Origin: the human T2T-CHM13v2.0 reference genome, Homo sapiens
Length of the DNA stretch: 64,000 nucleotides
Direction: 5' to 3' (one strand)
Assembly (NCBI RefSeq): GCF_009914755.1
Contig: NC_060928.1
Numbering within the stretch: position 1 is the stretch's first letter; each line of letters opens with the position of its first letter. Positions 40,820-54,096 of this stretch are shown piece by piece. Position numbers and translations under genes: made by a program. The notes beneath the pieces are model-generated. The model worked only from the letters and a program-made list of their open reading frames with translations, was not told the origin of the DNA and ran no database searches.

Positions 40820-42481
40820 ATACTTTCATCTGGTTCATGGAAACTGTAATTATAGCTGCATGCTCTGGAGACAAAATGCCTGGGTTCAAATTTTCATGTG
40901 TCTAGTTCTTAGCTGTGTGACCTTACCCATCAGATTTCCCCTAATCTCTAATCAGCACCTGTAAACTAGAAATAATACCAGTAATAACCTCATAGGGATT
41001 TTAGAAATACCAAATGGGAGAATCCATAAAAAGTGTTTAGCTCAATACCTGGCCCAGAATAAGCATTCATAATGTATTCTAGTAATTGTAGAATAGCAGC
41101 AGGAGGAGTAAAAGAATAAAGCAAGATGTCAGGCAGAAATAAACTACTCTCGAATCCTTTCTTTAAAATAAGAGTGTTCATGTTGTGGAGATCGGGTTTT
41201 TCACTGTGGTTCTCAAACCCTGTGTGCCAGGGTCCCTGTAGGGCTTGGAGCCCACTCTCACAGTGTCTCATTCAGTAGGTCTAGGCTGGGGCCAGAGGAT
41301 TTGCATTTCTTACAGGTTCCCAGGTGATGCTCATGCTGCACATCTCACCACACTCTGAAAACCACTGGCCTCAAGTATTTATTTAAATTGTGCACCAAAA
41401 ATATCACTGATTGATATGAAAATAACAGTAATAATTGCTTGACATTTATAAAGTCTCCATCTTTCAAGAAGCCAGAGACCTCTAATAAATGTAACCTTAA
41501 AATACATGATTTGTCTTCAATTGGGATGGGGAAATGGGGGAGGCATAGGTCTCTGCCCAGCACCCATTTAAGGGACTGATCTGAAGTCAAGCATCAAGTC
41601 CAATGAAACTCTAGGGTTAGGATCAGGTATCCTGGAGCCACACCTAACACTTTCTCCCCCAGAAAGTGGTCTCTCCCCCATTTCTATAAAGTCATCCATT
41701 CATAGACTGGTCATACAGGTCACTGAAGATCTGCTGATCGACCCTAATGATGTTCCACACGTTTTCCTTACACACACACACCCAGGCATTCAGTTTTTAA
41801 ATGCCCTGAAAACAGTCATAAAATACATTTGAAAGTGACAAATTCCCTTTTCTTAGCTGCCTCTCAGCAGCAGAAAGATATCTCAAACTGATGTTTCAGT
41901 AAAATATGTGCGCATTAAAAACTGATTTTTTTATTGAAAATGACGACAACAGCAGAGTTTAAGGATACAAATCCTTGCCATGAGCCACCACAGAAAGGCA
42001 TATACTCAACCTTTATTTATACGTACAAAAAACTTCTGCCACAGACTTCTATACATAACCTTTATGATGTGTAATGTATATGAAATAGTAATTAAACCAC
42101 CCATCTTTGCTGCCTTTTATACTTTTCTAGTGTTCTCCAAAAAGCAATACAAATTATACATTTTTGTTCTTGCATAGTATATCATTCTATCATTTTGAGA
42201 TTTAACATTTTAACACTATCACCATTAAGTATGACCCTGTGAAATTTCATCTAACACCAAAGAAGACAATAGCATAAACTGTCCTGGTTCTGTTGATTTT
42301 GTACATGTCTTCAGGTTTTATATGTGTGTTATTAAGACATTTTGTACTGTAGATTTACTGACTCTCAATTCTGGTATTGACTAGAGCCAAACTCCCTATA
42401 GTACTTGGGAGCATGGTTCTATTCAGTTCTCACCCCAGTTTTCATGGTTTTCTGTTTGTTCTGTTCTGCCATCTGATCTAG

Positions 42482-42556
42482 AGTCGCCTGGCACTGCCAG
42501 TGTTCCGCTTAGAGTTCAGAACTCTTGGCGACGATCCCAGTTTTTCTCCCAGTCAG
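42482..42556 (+). CDS. LIMCH1: Probable in-frame cassette exon, 75 nt, phase 1-1 (ESPGTASVPLRVQNSWRRSQFFSQS)
   Basis: Long pyrimidine tract plus atctag| acceptor, CAG|gtaaac donor, no stop, phase matches the host intron, four retained CpGs. Confidence 0.7.
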
Positions 42557-43158
42557 GTAAACTGCATACTGGGTAGCTGTATTTCTTTTGTGCGAAAATC
42601 CATGTTGGGGCGATCAATGATGTGTGGCACTTGTCTTCATTTCTGATTTCTGGGGAAAAAATTATTTCTTATGCACAGTTAGCAAAGAGCTAGTTCTTTT
42701 ATATTACTACCAGTTATGCTAAAATTGGGGGTAGGAGGAGAGGAATCACACAACTTTATGTTGATTTCAAGAATTCAAAGAAATAATAATATTCATCATT
42801 TTCTTGAGAGTCCCCTGCCTTTAAAAAAAAAAAAAAAGATTAAAAGCATTTACCAGAAACTGATCATAGTTCTCTTGTTAACTGTGTCACTGTGTTTGCT
42901 TCCTGGGTGACATCTGGCCTCTGTTTGTATGGTACTTCTCCATGCCAGACAGTGAGGGGACTGCTCAGTCAAGCCACAATGCAAGGTGCACTAAGAATCA
43001 GTACTAATAGGAACAGTTTTTGCTTCCTGTAGTCTAGTACCTGGTGTTAATTGATGTGATCAATCATTTGATAGTAGTTTAAACTTCTTTTGGTGATGGG
43101 TGCAACCTGCTACAGGGGTTGTCTGCTTTATTATGATTTTCTAATGTTCTTGACTTAC

Positions 43159-43161
<3 letters not shown>

Positions 43162-43204
<43 letters not shown>
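43162..43204. repeat. (CA)n microsatellite, about 21 units
   Basis: Read directly from the sequence. Confidence 0.98.
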
Positions 43205-43208
<4 letters not shown>

Positions 43209-43317
43209 TGGTTTAAAGCTGATGTAGGAACTATACTCCACTGATAGGTCAAAAACAAAGACAATTAGAAAATACTCACATTCATATCTTTTTTTTCTTT
43301 CTTTTTTTTCTGTGCAG

Positions 43318-43358
43318 TGGATTCTCCAAGCAGTGAGAAGTCACCTGTTATGACACCT
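43318..43358 (+). CDS. LIMCH1: 41-nt exon, phase 1-0 (VDSPSSEKSPVMTP)
   Basis: Very strong T-tract plus tgcag| acceptor; CCT|gtaagt donor. Confidence 0.93.
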
Positions 43359-43440
43359 GTAAGTCACTCATTTTAAGGAATAAGATTATGAGTTAGTGTG
43401 ATTTTAATTTATAACATTTGATTGGCTCAAAGAGTATTCA

Positions 43441-43670
43441 GGCCGGGTGCAGGCGGTGGCTCACGCCTGTAATCCCAACACTTTGGGAGGGTGAGGCGGG
43501 TGGATCACGAGGTCAGGTGTTCAAGATCAGGCTGACTAACATGGTGAAACACTGTCTCTTACTAAAAATACAAAAATTAGGCAGGTGTGGTGGCACCGAG
43601 ATCGTGTCACTGCACTCCAGTCTGGGTGACAGAGCGAGACTTCGTCTCAAAAAAAAAAAAAAAAAAAAAA
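43441..43670 (+). mobile_element. Alu with an internal right-arm deletion
   Basis: TSD AAAGAGTATTCA; the right arm jumps from GTGGTGGCA to CCGAGATCG. Confidence 0.9.
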
Positions 43671-43851
43671 AGAGTATTCAACCAAAATTGAGACCCAAAC
43701 AATTGATTTGTAAAAGAATAATTAAAAGTCATATATAACGCCATTGGGTAAATTATAAAGACATGGATTATCATTATATGGAATTGTTACTGTGCCTGGA
43801 AATAAGTGATAAGAAAGCAAAATCTAAGAGGCAATTAAAATGAATGTGACA

Positions 43852-44150
43852 GACTTGGCATGGTGGCTCACACCTGTAATCCCAGCACTTTGGGAGACCG
43901 AGGTAGGTGGATCACTTGAGGTCAGGAGTTCGAGACCAACCTAGCCAACATGGTGAAACCCCGTCTCTACTGAAAACACAAAAATTAGCTGGGTGTGCTG
44001 GCGGGCACCTGTAATCCCAGCTACTCAGGGGGCTGAGGCAGGAGAATTGCTTCAACCCAAGAGGAAGAGGTTGCAGTGAGCCAAGATCACACTACTGCAC
44101 TGCAGCCTGGGTGACAGAGCGAGACTCCATCTCAAAGAAAAGAAAAAAGA
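43852..44150 (+). mobile_element. AluS
   Basis: Alu dimer consensus. Confidence 0.92.
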
Positions 44151-46313
44151 ATAGAATAGAATAGAAGAATTAGTATTAAAACTGACAATTTCTATAGATA
44201 CATTTTTTTAAATGTACCTCATTTTTTAATATGAGGATAATACTTGAACATAGTATATTGTTGGCAGATAGGACCTGGCCTGAACTCTCCAAGAGACCCA
44301 AACTCTCATTTTTGCACCCCTTCTCATAATGAGTATTTGACCAATAATAACTGTAATGTTGCTTTCTATTTTGTATTTTAATGAAATAAGAAAACATTTG
44401 TTAATTAAAATAAGACACAAGGTGCTGTGGACATTCCTTGCTGCTGCATGGCATCTGAACTGGTATTTCTAATCTCAGGCCTTGTTCGCCCTCTGGAATT
44501 CCCATTAGATTTGGAGACTTTCTCTGTGGCACAACCAACTGTGGCATTGCCCATGAGCAACCCTGGCTCAGCCACATAATCACTACTGTGCCTTTGATTC
44601 TGGATTTAGCTGTGTAGCCCTGAAGGTGTTATATAACTTCTCTGACCCTCATCTTCCTTGACCGTACAGTAAGATGACAGTACTTTTCTTTTGAAGTTGT
44701 CATGTGCCTTAATTGAAATAATTATTCAGAAGCCCCTAGCACAGTGGCTGATATGTAAATAAATCCTCCCCCTCTCCCAATAGCTAATCCAAGAGGCCCA
44801 CCATAGTCAATATCAATTCTTATCTGTAGGTAAATTGTCTCACTTAGGGAGTTCTAAGTGCCTCTGCAGAACAGAGAAGGGATCCATCACTTGTTGCATA
44901 ACCCTTGATGTCCCCAGCCACAGTACAAAACTAGGGACTATCTGTGGAGGCTCAGTCCCAAGCCAATACTGGGAATCCTGAGTTTCCTGGGAAGCTGAGT
45001 TCATTGATGATGGATGGGAACCCCAGAACGATCCCAAAGCTGGCATCCATGGCACAGATCTGAAGATTTCCATTTTAAATTGCATTTGGAACAAAGATGT
45101 CAGTTGTTCATGCCCCCTGGGTAGGGGTGGAGAGGAAGGGCATTCCAAAGAAACACATTCGCATTTCTTGTTTAAGGAAAATAGAATAAGAAAGAGACAA
45201 ATCACTGGCCTACTTAAGTAAATGCTCTGAAAATTTCATGTGCTTTTGATAGTAAATGTCTCATCATAGAACAGAAAATAAAAGAAACTTGAAATAAGTA
45301 GCGCTTCAAGAGGAGATAAGCATTAGATTATGCTGGCCTCCGTAGACTCTGGCTATTTTTGGTCAGTCTTGGAGTACCAGAGGCCCTCGGGACTATGAAA
45401 GAAAGGGACTCTGATGGTAGGAGATGCATTACCCAGCATGAAGGGATTCCATTCATTTATTCAACAAACATTTGTTGAGGGCCTAAAAATATAAGGTCTT
45501 GGGGTAGATAGGAGGATGAGGGGCTCTTCCTGCCTCCTGAAGAATCCCTAGGCCAGAGGAAGATATGGACTTGTAAACAGGTAAATTGTAGGACAAAGTG
45601 GGTTAAATGCTGTCCATTCTGACTTCCTCTAGCACCTTTTACATCTCTTATGATAGTTATCACACTGTCTTCTGGTCATATGCATATATTGGTCACTTTT
45701 CCACTCCACACACACTCAGGTGTAAGCTCCATGAGGCTGGGCCACTTGGCTAGCTGGTAACCCCGCCCTGGCCCACAGTCAGTGGGCCATAATCTGCAAA
45801 TTATCTGCAAAAGAAGGAGCAAGATCATTGTTTCATTCTCTCTTGTTTATCATGCTGGTTTCTTCCCCTTTATCCTCCTCTTAAAATACCCACTGCTTTC
45901 CTCTGTTGCCTTTTAACACATATTCTGTATTTTCTGTGCTCAATCCCCCCACCCCACACTTCCTCCTCCTATCTGCCCACTCCTTACTTGACTTATTCCT
46001 GAGAGCACCGCCTAGTGAAATTTAGAAATTAAATAATTCCTAATTGTTTCTCTTATTTTCCTACTATTGGAGTTTCCTCAGTGTTTTTTGTATGGCTTTA
46101 TTCACATAAACATCCCCTTTTCCCTCAAAAGACAAAGAGGGGCCATGCCCCTGGAAGAGCTTCTGAATGTTTAAACCACCTCGAAGTTCTGGAACAATGA
46201 CAGGTGGAGCCAACTTCCAACACCATTAAATTCCGATAGAATTTCCCATCTGGTATAACCACATTTGGATAACATTTATGGTCATCCAAGGGAGTTTGGG
46301 AAATTTTAGATTA

Positions 46314-46683
46314 CAGATGCTCTTCAACTTAAGAATGGGGTCACAGCCCAATAAAGACATTGTAAGTTGAAAATACTTTAAGTCAAAACTGCATTTGATA
46401 TGCCCAACCTACTGAATGAACATTATAGCTCAGCCTAGCCTACCTTAAACGTGCTCAAAACATTATGTTAGCCTGCAATTGGGCAAAATCATCTCACACA
46501 AAGCCTATTTTATGATAAAGTGTTGAATATCTCATGAAATTTATTGAATACCATCCTAAAAGTGAAAAATAGAATGGCTGTTTGGGTATTTGAAGTACAG
46601 TTTCTACCAACTCCATATTGCTTTTGTACCATTATAAACTTGAGAAAATGTTAAGTTAACCCACCTAAGCTGGGGACCATCTG
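46314..46683. mobile_element. MER47A-like MITE, opposite orientation to the 25891 copy
   Basis: TA-flanked CAGATGCTCTTCAACTTA…TAAGCTGGGGACCATCTG. Confidence 0.85.
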
Positions 46684-48142
46684 TATGCACAATTAAATGA
46701 TTTTCCCCCTGCATAACTTCCAAGAGCCTGTAATATGCTAATGTGCAGTGTGAAACTCAGGAGTGGCAAGCAGGAAGCAATAAGCTAGTATCCCTAGATT
46801 ATTGGCCCACTTGGGTTTGACTATTCTGTGAGCATCATGGCCATCCCAATCAATTGCAGGAAGCACAGCAGCAAGAGTACAAAATGAGGCCCAAGTTTCA
46901 TTTGTCCAAATATATTAAAGTTCTAAATATTGATGAAGTTATAAATCAAGCATTGCCCACAGCCTGGCCTGCATTCTCTGCCTGAAGATACTTCCCTGGG
47001 CCAGCCCACCCGCCATGCACCTGAATGGTAATGTGGATCTGTTGGGGGCCAGGCAGAGTGGGAGGTGGGCTGGCCCAGGTACCCTGGGCACTAACTGGAT
47101 GTATCAAAACCTTGGATAGGACTGACCCTGTTCATCTTCCCAGGCTACCAGGGTACATAGATTTTGCCTGCACCCCTCCCCACCCCAACCCTGTTTCCCA
47201 TCCCCCGTCAACTTCCCCACCCGTGCCTTGCTTTTTCAACTTAAGATTCCCAGGCAGTTGCTTCCCTGTCCTACCCCATCAGAACAAAGGGAAGGGAGGA
47301 GCACAGTTATTGTGCCCTGGTCTGCCTGGGCACCTACTCTGGGTGACTGGGGCAGCCGACTTTAAACACAGCAGCCCCTCTTTTCCTGGTTTCCTGGGGG
47401 CAGGCTGTGATTTCCCTTCCCCCCACCCCCCACCTGTACCCTCCCAGTCTCATATTCTGTGGCCTGGGCACCTGCTTCGGTTCATGGATTTTTCTCTGTT
47501 ATTCCTCATTATTTACTTGGTTCCCAAACTTGCAAAAACCTTTTATTAATACAAAAAGGAAGTAAGTCTTTGAGCTTGAGTGTTTGTGTCATGCGGGCCC
47601 CAGGGCAAGTGATCTGCTTGCCTGGATCTTAGGTGGTACTGGTGAGCATTGGTGAGTTAAACAACCCACTGTAGGGAAAAGTGGTATGGAAAAGCAACAG
47701 TAGTATAAAAGATTAGTTTTTATAGCGTGGCAAACAACACTTCTTACAAAATGCATTTCTGCTAAAATAACTGGTCTCGTTTGCTTGGACCCAGGATCAA
47801 TATGCAGAATGAGCACCTTAGGTTCAGAAGCATGAATGCATTTAAGAGAAATCACTTCTAAGAGAAATGAAGCAAAGCCTTCCAATGCCAGTGGCTAATT
47901 ACTTTGTGTTTTCATTAGCTCCAAAAAGATTCACAGAATCATACCAGCGTCTTGGAAGTAAACCAAAGAGGGACTAAGATTAAAAAATGGTTTCTGCCAC
48001 CAAAGAGGATGTTTAGATATATGAAGCCTTCTGCTCCTGTGTGTCAATCTGGGTGCCAGGCCAGAGGCCAATTGTCTACTCTTCACCCGGCCTGTCCCTT
48101 GAGGACATGGCTCAATTCTGATCATGGTTTCATTTTTCTAAG

Positions 48143-48226
48143 CAGTTTAAGTTCTGGGCATGGGACCCAGAAGAGGAGCGCAGGCGACAGGAAAAATGGC
48201 AACAGGAACAGGAACGTTTGCTCCAG
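48143..48226 (+). CDS. LIMCH1: Exon, 84 or 81 nt (NAGNAG acceptor), phase 0-0 ([Q][27 protein letters not shown])
   Basis: tttttctaAG|cAG| tandem acceptor; CAG|gtagga donor. Confidence 0.94.
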
Positions 48227-48644
48227 GTAGGATGGAGTTTGCTGCTTTTTTTGTTTTTCCTTTTTTGTCCTCTTGCTTTCCATTGCATTAAATAGACTTT
48301 TAGCACAGGAAATGAATGGAATCAAGTTATTCTCGGAAGTTAGTGAGTCTCAAGTCAGTTCATTTTGTGTCCTTGTAACAGGGTACCCTGTGTCTCATTC
48401 TTCCTGCCAAAGACTGCAATAATAAACATGATGAAAAACCATTCATATTAACACTGAACCAAAAAACCCTCCAAGTATGGATAAGGGCCAGTCTACCCAT
48501 TCATCACCTCCTTAGTTGCCAGTCAATTTCCAGTCAAGTAGCAGTGGGAATGAATTATCTAAAAGCTCTCTGCTAGCATACACGTGAAATAAAATTTAGC
48601 CTCAGTCTACTTTCTTAAATAGAAACTTTTGCTCTACCTTTGAG

Positions 48645-49210
<566 letters not shown>

Positions 49211-49687
49211 CTACCTTTGGGTAAAAGCTACTGATTATCAATTCTAGAAAAATTCTGATAGTAAGTTCATCATACTCCCACTTCATGCCAGTTTTATGGA
49301 TTAACAGGGCTTCAAAAGGTAACCTAGCAACCTAAAGAACTAACCCATGTTGGGTACCTGGGATGTGCCAGGAACTGAGGTTAGTGCTTGACATTTTTAC
49401 TTCATTTATCCTCAAACAGCACTTCAGAGTATGTCTTATTAGCCCTTGTTTGCAATTGAAGAAAGTAAAGTTCACTGAAATTAAGTTAATTGCCCAAGGT
49501 TACACAACTAATAGGTGTCAAGACCAGATTCAAATCCAAGTCTGGATGACTTTAAAACTCATGCTCCTTCTACTACATTCCCACTAGTACTGATTTTACA
49601 AAAATAAATAAATAAATAAATAAAGGAAAATAATGTTAAATCTCATTAATTTTGATGACTTTCTGCTGCTTGTAGAAAGCAATGCTT

Positions 49688-49950
49688 TTTTTGACGTTTG
49701 TTCATTTTTTAAATTATACTTCAAGTTCTGGGATACATGTGCAGAACGGGCAGGTTTGTTACATAGGTATACACGTGTCATGGTGGTTTGCTGCACCCAC
49801 CAACCCGTCACCTACATTAGGTATTTCTCCTAATGCTATCCCTCCGCTAGCCCCCCAACCCCTGACAGGCCCCAGTGTGTGGTATTCCCCTCCCTGTGTC
49901 CATGTGTTCTCATTGTTCATCTCCCACTTATGAGTGAGAACATGCAGTGC
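49688..49950 (-). mobile_element. 5'-truncated L1PA 3' end
   Basis: ATTATACTTCAAGTTCTGGGATACATGTGCAGAAC…CCCACTTATGAGTGAGAACATG; 16-bp TSD GTAGAAAGCAATGCTT (49672-49687, 49951-49966). Confidence 0.93.
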
Positions 49951-51769
49951 GTAGAAAGCAATGCTTAATGCAAGTTTATTTTACTTACTTTTTCTTTTCT
50001 TTTTTTTTTTCCTAATCCTTTTGGCTTATTTCCCAGGGATGAGGTGGTAGACAGTGATTTAGATAGCAGTAGTAGGTGGTAGTGTGGTTTTGGCTCTGCC
50101 TGTTAAGTTTGGCATTTTGTAACTTGCAGAAGGTTAAGCCTTCAATACCAAACTGTTAGTAGGAACCCGATTCATCAAAATCTGGGGGCTACTGGGATTT
50201 GAGGTCCATTGTGAGACGTGCACCCCTGACCATCTGCTCGTCTCTGGGAGAGTTAGGTGCTCATTCCCCAGCTAAATGGTGAACAGCCAAGAGTCAGATT
50301 TCCACAAAGTGAAGTCAGGCAAATGTGCTCCTCACTGTGGTGCTCTATTACATGCCAAGGGGTGACCCTGGTAACAGAGGCGGGCACCAGGCCTTTGTAT
50401 TGCTCCTGTGTTTCTAACTTGTTGCCTGGTATGGCATCGTGAGTTATGGGCCAAGGTGTTTGTAGGGGAGGGTGTGAGAGAGAGAGAGAGATCGTGTGTG
50501 TGTGTGTGTGAGTGAAATACTGCATCTTTCACTCTCTGCATCTCTGCATCATCAGTTCATCCTGTTGGTGAGGGGAACACGTGATGTAAGTTCCTAGAAC
50601 CAAGAAGCCTAAGAAGCTTTACTTGTTTTCAGCTTTTATGTAGTTTTAAGGTCTCCTTCCTGTGCCCCTGAAGTCCCTCTCTAAAACTTTACAATACTTG
50701 GTTTTCGTAACAATTTTTACCAGGAAATAAAGAGCATGCCATGAGTTGATCAACAATGATTTTGTTAGAGTTAATAAGAACACCAGGCTCCAGAGAATGC
50801 CAAGAAAGTCCTCCTGCTCCTAAGATACCAATGAAACAGGTGATGCCTGGAGGAAATCTCAGTGGCTTCCCCATGAAGACAGAAGCAGACTTGTTTCAGC
50901 CTCGAAGAGAGGATTGACAATAGTCAGCCTAAAATATCTGAGTGCGTGAACCACACATAAATGGTTCCTTTGTCTCTGTCATGTCAGGATGCCATTCCCA
51001 AGGCATCAGGAGTGTCACTTCTCATTTTATGCATTAATTTTAATCCCCATTTATTCATTTCTTCTAATCAGCCATCAGGGACTCCAATCACATTTTAAAC
51101 ACCACTTTTATTCTTAGTGTGTTCTTTTTTCCCCCCAGAAATGGTGACTTCTGCTGCATTATTTCTGAAAACAAAAATGGCAGTTCTGAAGAAGTACTCT
51201 AATGGACTGTTTAAAAACTACTCTTAATTCAGAAGTTACTTAAAGCTAGGAAGACTCTATTTTGGTAGAATAGTCACAAGCAAAGAGTAATTCAGCTATT
51301 CAGCTAATTATCATCTTGTCCACGGTGGACCTTTCTGTATTGTGTGTCTAATAAACCTTCAGGGTTTTTCATCTTTTATTACACTCTCCTCGCAGCAATG
51401 CATTTCTATTAGTGGAATGGCAAAACTCATCTCCAAAGGGCCCAATAAAACCAAACTATTGGTTTAGCACACCTGGAACAAAACTGGAGTGAAGGAAGAT
51501 TTTAGAGGCTTTCCACCTTTCCGTCTTTTCTCTTTCTGTAAGCAAAACATGAGCAGCAGAAAATACTGCTGTCCATTGGATTATGTTCCCAAAATGTTTG
51601 AGTGCCACAAAACCATATTCCCTTTTTATTGCATGAATCAATTAAATTCAGAATCCTAACAAGAAGAAGATAATCTTGCAACATATTGTACATGGTGGTT
51701 TAGGGGGGAAAATTCCCGATGACGTATGCAATGGTCAGTTGAGAACAATCTATGGAAATTCCATAACAG

Positions 51770-51862
51770 GAGAGATACCAGAAGGAGCAGGACAAGCTGA
51801 AAGAAGAGTGGGAAAAGGCCCAAAAGGAGGTGGAAGAGGAAGAACGCAGATACTATGAGGAG
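51770..51862 (+). CDS. LIMCH1: Exon, 93 nt, phase 0-0, charged coiled coil ([10 protein letters not shown]…RRYYEE)
   Basis: ataacag| acceptor; GAG|gtagga donor; continues the ORF. Confidence 0.93.
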
Positions 51863-52718
51863 GTAGGAAATTCCCAAGAAGGAATTTGACCTTGTCATCC
51901 CAATTCCTCAAAGTCTAGCAACACTCTCTGTGTCTGTGGCATGCGGATGCATGTGGCTGTGTCTGACTCTTTACTGACAGCAGAATCCCATCAAGCTCTT
52001 TAAAACAGTCATGTCATTTAGGTTCTAAAAGACCACAATTCCTCACAAATACAGTTCGTGATAAGGGTGTGTTGAGTCACAGTCAAGGGAGACGATACAA
52101 TTACATCTGTTCTCTAATCAGTGAGTCAGATTCTTGATTGATTTTAGAGAGGTGACATGAAATAATCAGTTCCATTCATTTGTGTGTTTGTTGTTTGGTA
52201 ATAGTGAATTAATTTTATGAGGATAATTTTGATATTGAGGCTGAATGACTGCATTTACTATATAGCACTAAAGAGACTTGGAGGAGAAGAGAATTTTGTT
52301 TAGGTTCATTTTGTTTTTTAAATGAATAAGCCAGAACACATTAGATAACTTAAAGGGGGCTGCATTTTATGTATGTTATCTAAAGTTTGTTCATGATTAA
52401 TATTGTGAATTTTATATTCAGCAATACTTTTTGTGCATAATCAGATCCCTAATAGCATTTCTAATTAGGCTTCTTGTATTACTCTAACTAATTAATTTGC
52501 AGAGTCTTTGTTTTTCAAAATTAAATGTTAATTTCTAAATTATTACCCATGGAGAGTGTTATATGATTTGCATGCTTTTGGAAAATAAGACTTTTTAAAA
52601 TGCCCTGCTTGTTCGAACATATTCTGATTTTTTTCTAAAGTGCCTTAATGACATTTTTGTCTTGACAAATATGATTTTTATTTTCCCCCCTTTCATCGAT
52701 TCCTGTCCTTCCCCTTAG

Positions 52719-52823
52719 GAGCGTAAGATAATTGAAGACACTGTGGTTCCATTTACTGTTTCTTCAAGTTCCGCTGACCAGCTGTCTACCTCTTCCTCCA
52801 TGACTGAAGGCAGTGGGACAATG
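52719..52823 (+). CDS. LIMCH1: Exon, 105 nt, phase 0-0 ([10 protein letters not shown]…EGSGTM)
   Basis: Strong pyrimidine tract plus cttag| acceptor; ATG|gtgaga donor. Confidence 0.94.
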
Positions 52824-53302
52824 GTGAGACCACAGATTAAAAGCAATTTGTGAAATAAATAAACCTAAATGGAAGTACCAAACCCCAAGACCAAGGTTAC
52901 CGAACAGACTCACTAGTTTAAATCCAAGACTAGCTATTCCCCTAGAATCACGTCAGCTACTGTGTGGCCATTGTACCCCATTGTTCTATCACTGCTGCAG
53001 CCAAATTCTAGAGTCATTTCCTGGGGAGTGGTAAAGTCATTACCCCAGCAAGATCTATCCCAGTAGTCTGGAAGCCAAAGTCTCTCCACACCTGGCTGGC
53101 AAGATCTCAATTAGTGAAGTCATATTGTGGAATATCCTTCTCACAGCCCAGTTGCCAGATCATTCATTCATTCAATATATATTTATTCCCCTCTGCCATA
53201 CTATACATTCTTTTCCATTGTTTGGCAGTAGCAAAGATGTCAATAACATGTTCTCCACCAGCATCCATGAAAATTGCTTCTAACCCCCCCACATTCCACA
53301 AG

Positions 53303-53610
53303 ACCTGTAGTCCCAGCTGCCTGGGAGGCTGAGGCAAAGGATCCCTTAAGCCAAGGAGGTAAAGGCTGCAGTGAACGTGATCTTGCCATTGCACCACTGT
53401 ACTCCAGCCCGGGTGAGAGAACAAGACCCTATCTCTAAAGGAAATAATAATAATAAAAAAAACTAATGCATGCTGGGCTTAACACTCAGGTGATGGGTGC
53501 AGCAAACCACCATGGCACATGTTTATCTGTGTAACAAACCTGCACATCCTGCATATGTACCCCAAAACTTCAAGACAACAAATAAAAAAACCTAAATAAA
53601 TAAATAAAAT
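53303..53610 (+). mobile_element. Alu right arm followed by an L1P 3'-end fragment
   Basis: CCTGTAGTCCCAGCT…GACCCTATCTCT, then GGGTGCAGCAAACCACCATGGCACATGTTTATCTGTGTAACAAACCTGCACATCCTGCA. Confidence 0.82.
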
Positions 53611-54096
53611 GAACTTACGTAGAACAGCACTAAAAACAAACAAAAATCCACAAGAAATTTACATGTTGTCTTTGAAGGCCAGAGAGAGCCTATAAAGTCT
53701 GGTCTGCCTCCACATTCCCCAAATAAGGTCATAGAAGATGGAAGTACAGGGCAGAAGTTATATCAAGACCTGGGTGGTCCATAATCCACGTAAAGGAAAA
53801 TAACCTGTGGATACCAGAAAACCATTTGTCCTGAAATGAGCGGTCCTATGACTGTTTTATTTTGAAAGAGGGGTTTTCTAATCAATTCCCTTTTGTGATA
53901 ACTTTCTAAAGAGATTCAGATTATACATTTATTCCAAATAGTTGGAAATCAGTTGCTATTCAGTTAATTTGGACAACTGTTCTTTAAATTATAGGTAACA
54001 TGATTGAAAAATACTTCAAATATCCCTGGCCAGAGATAAGGGTTATACAGTGTTTTTAAAATTTATACTTAAGATTTTCATTGTTTTTCTCCTTAG

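Noticed and set aside
50010-50050. Strong acceptor (cctaat…tttcccag) in a phase-0 intron
   Set aside because: Immediate GGA TGA stop and no convincing donor; a poison exon cannot be supported from sequence alone.
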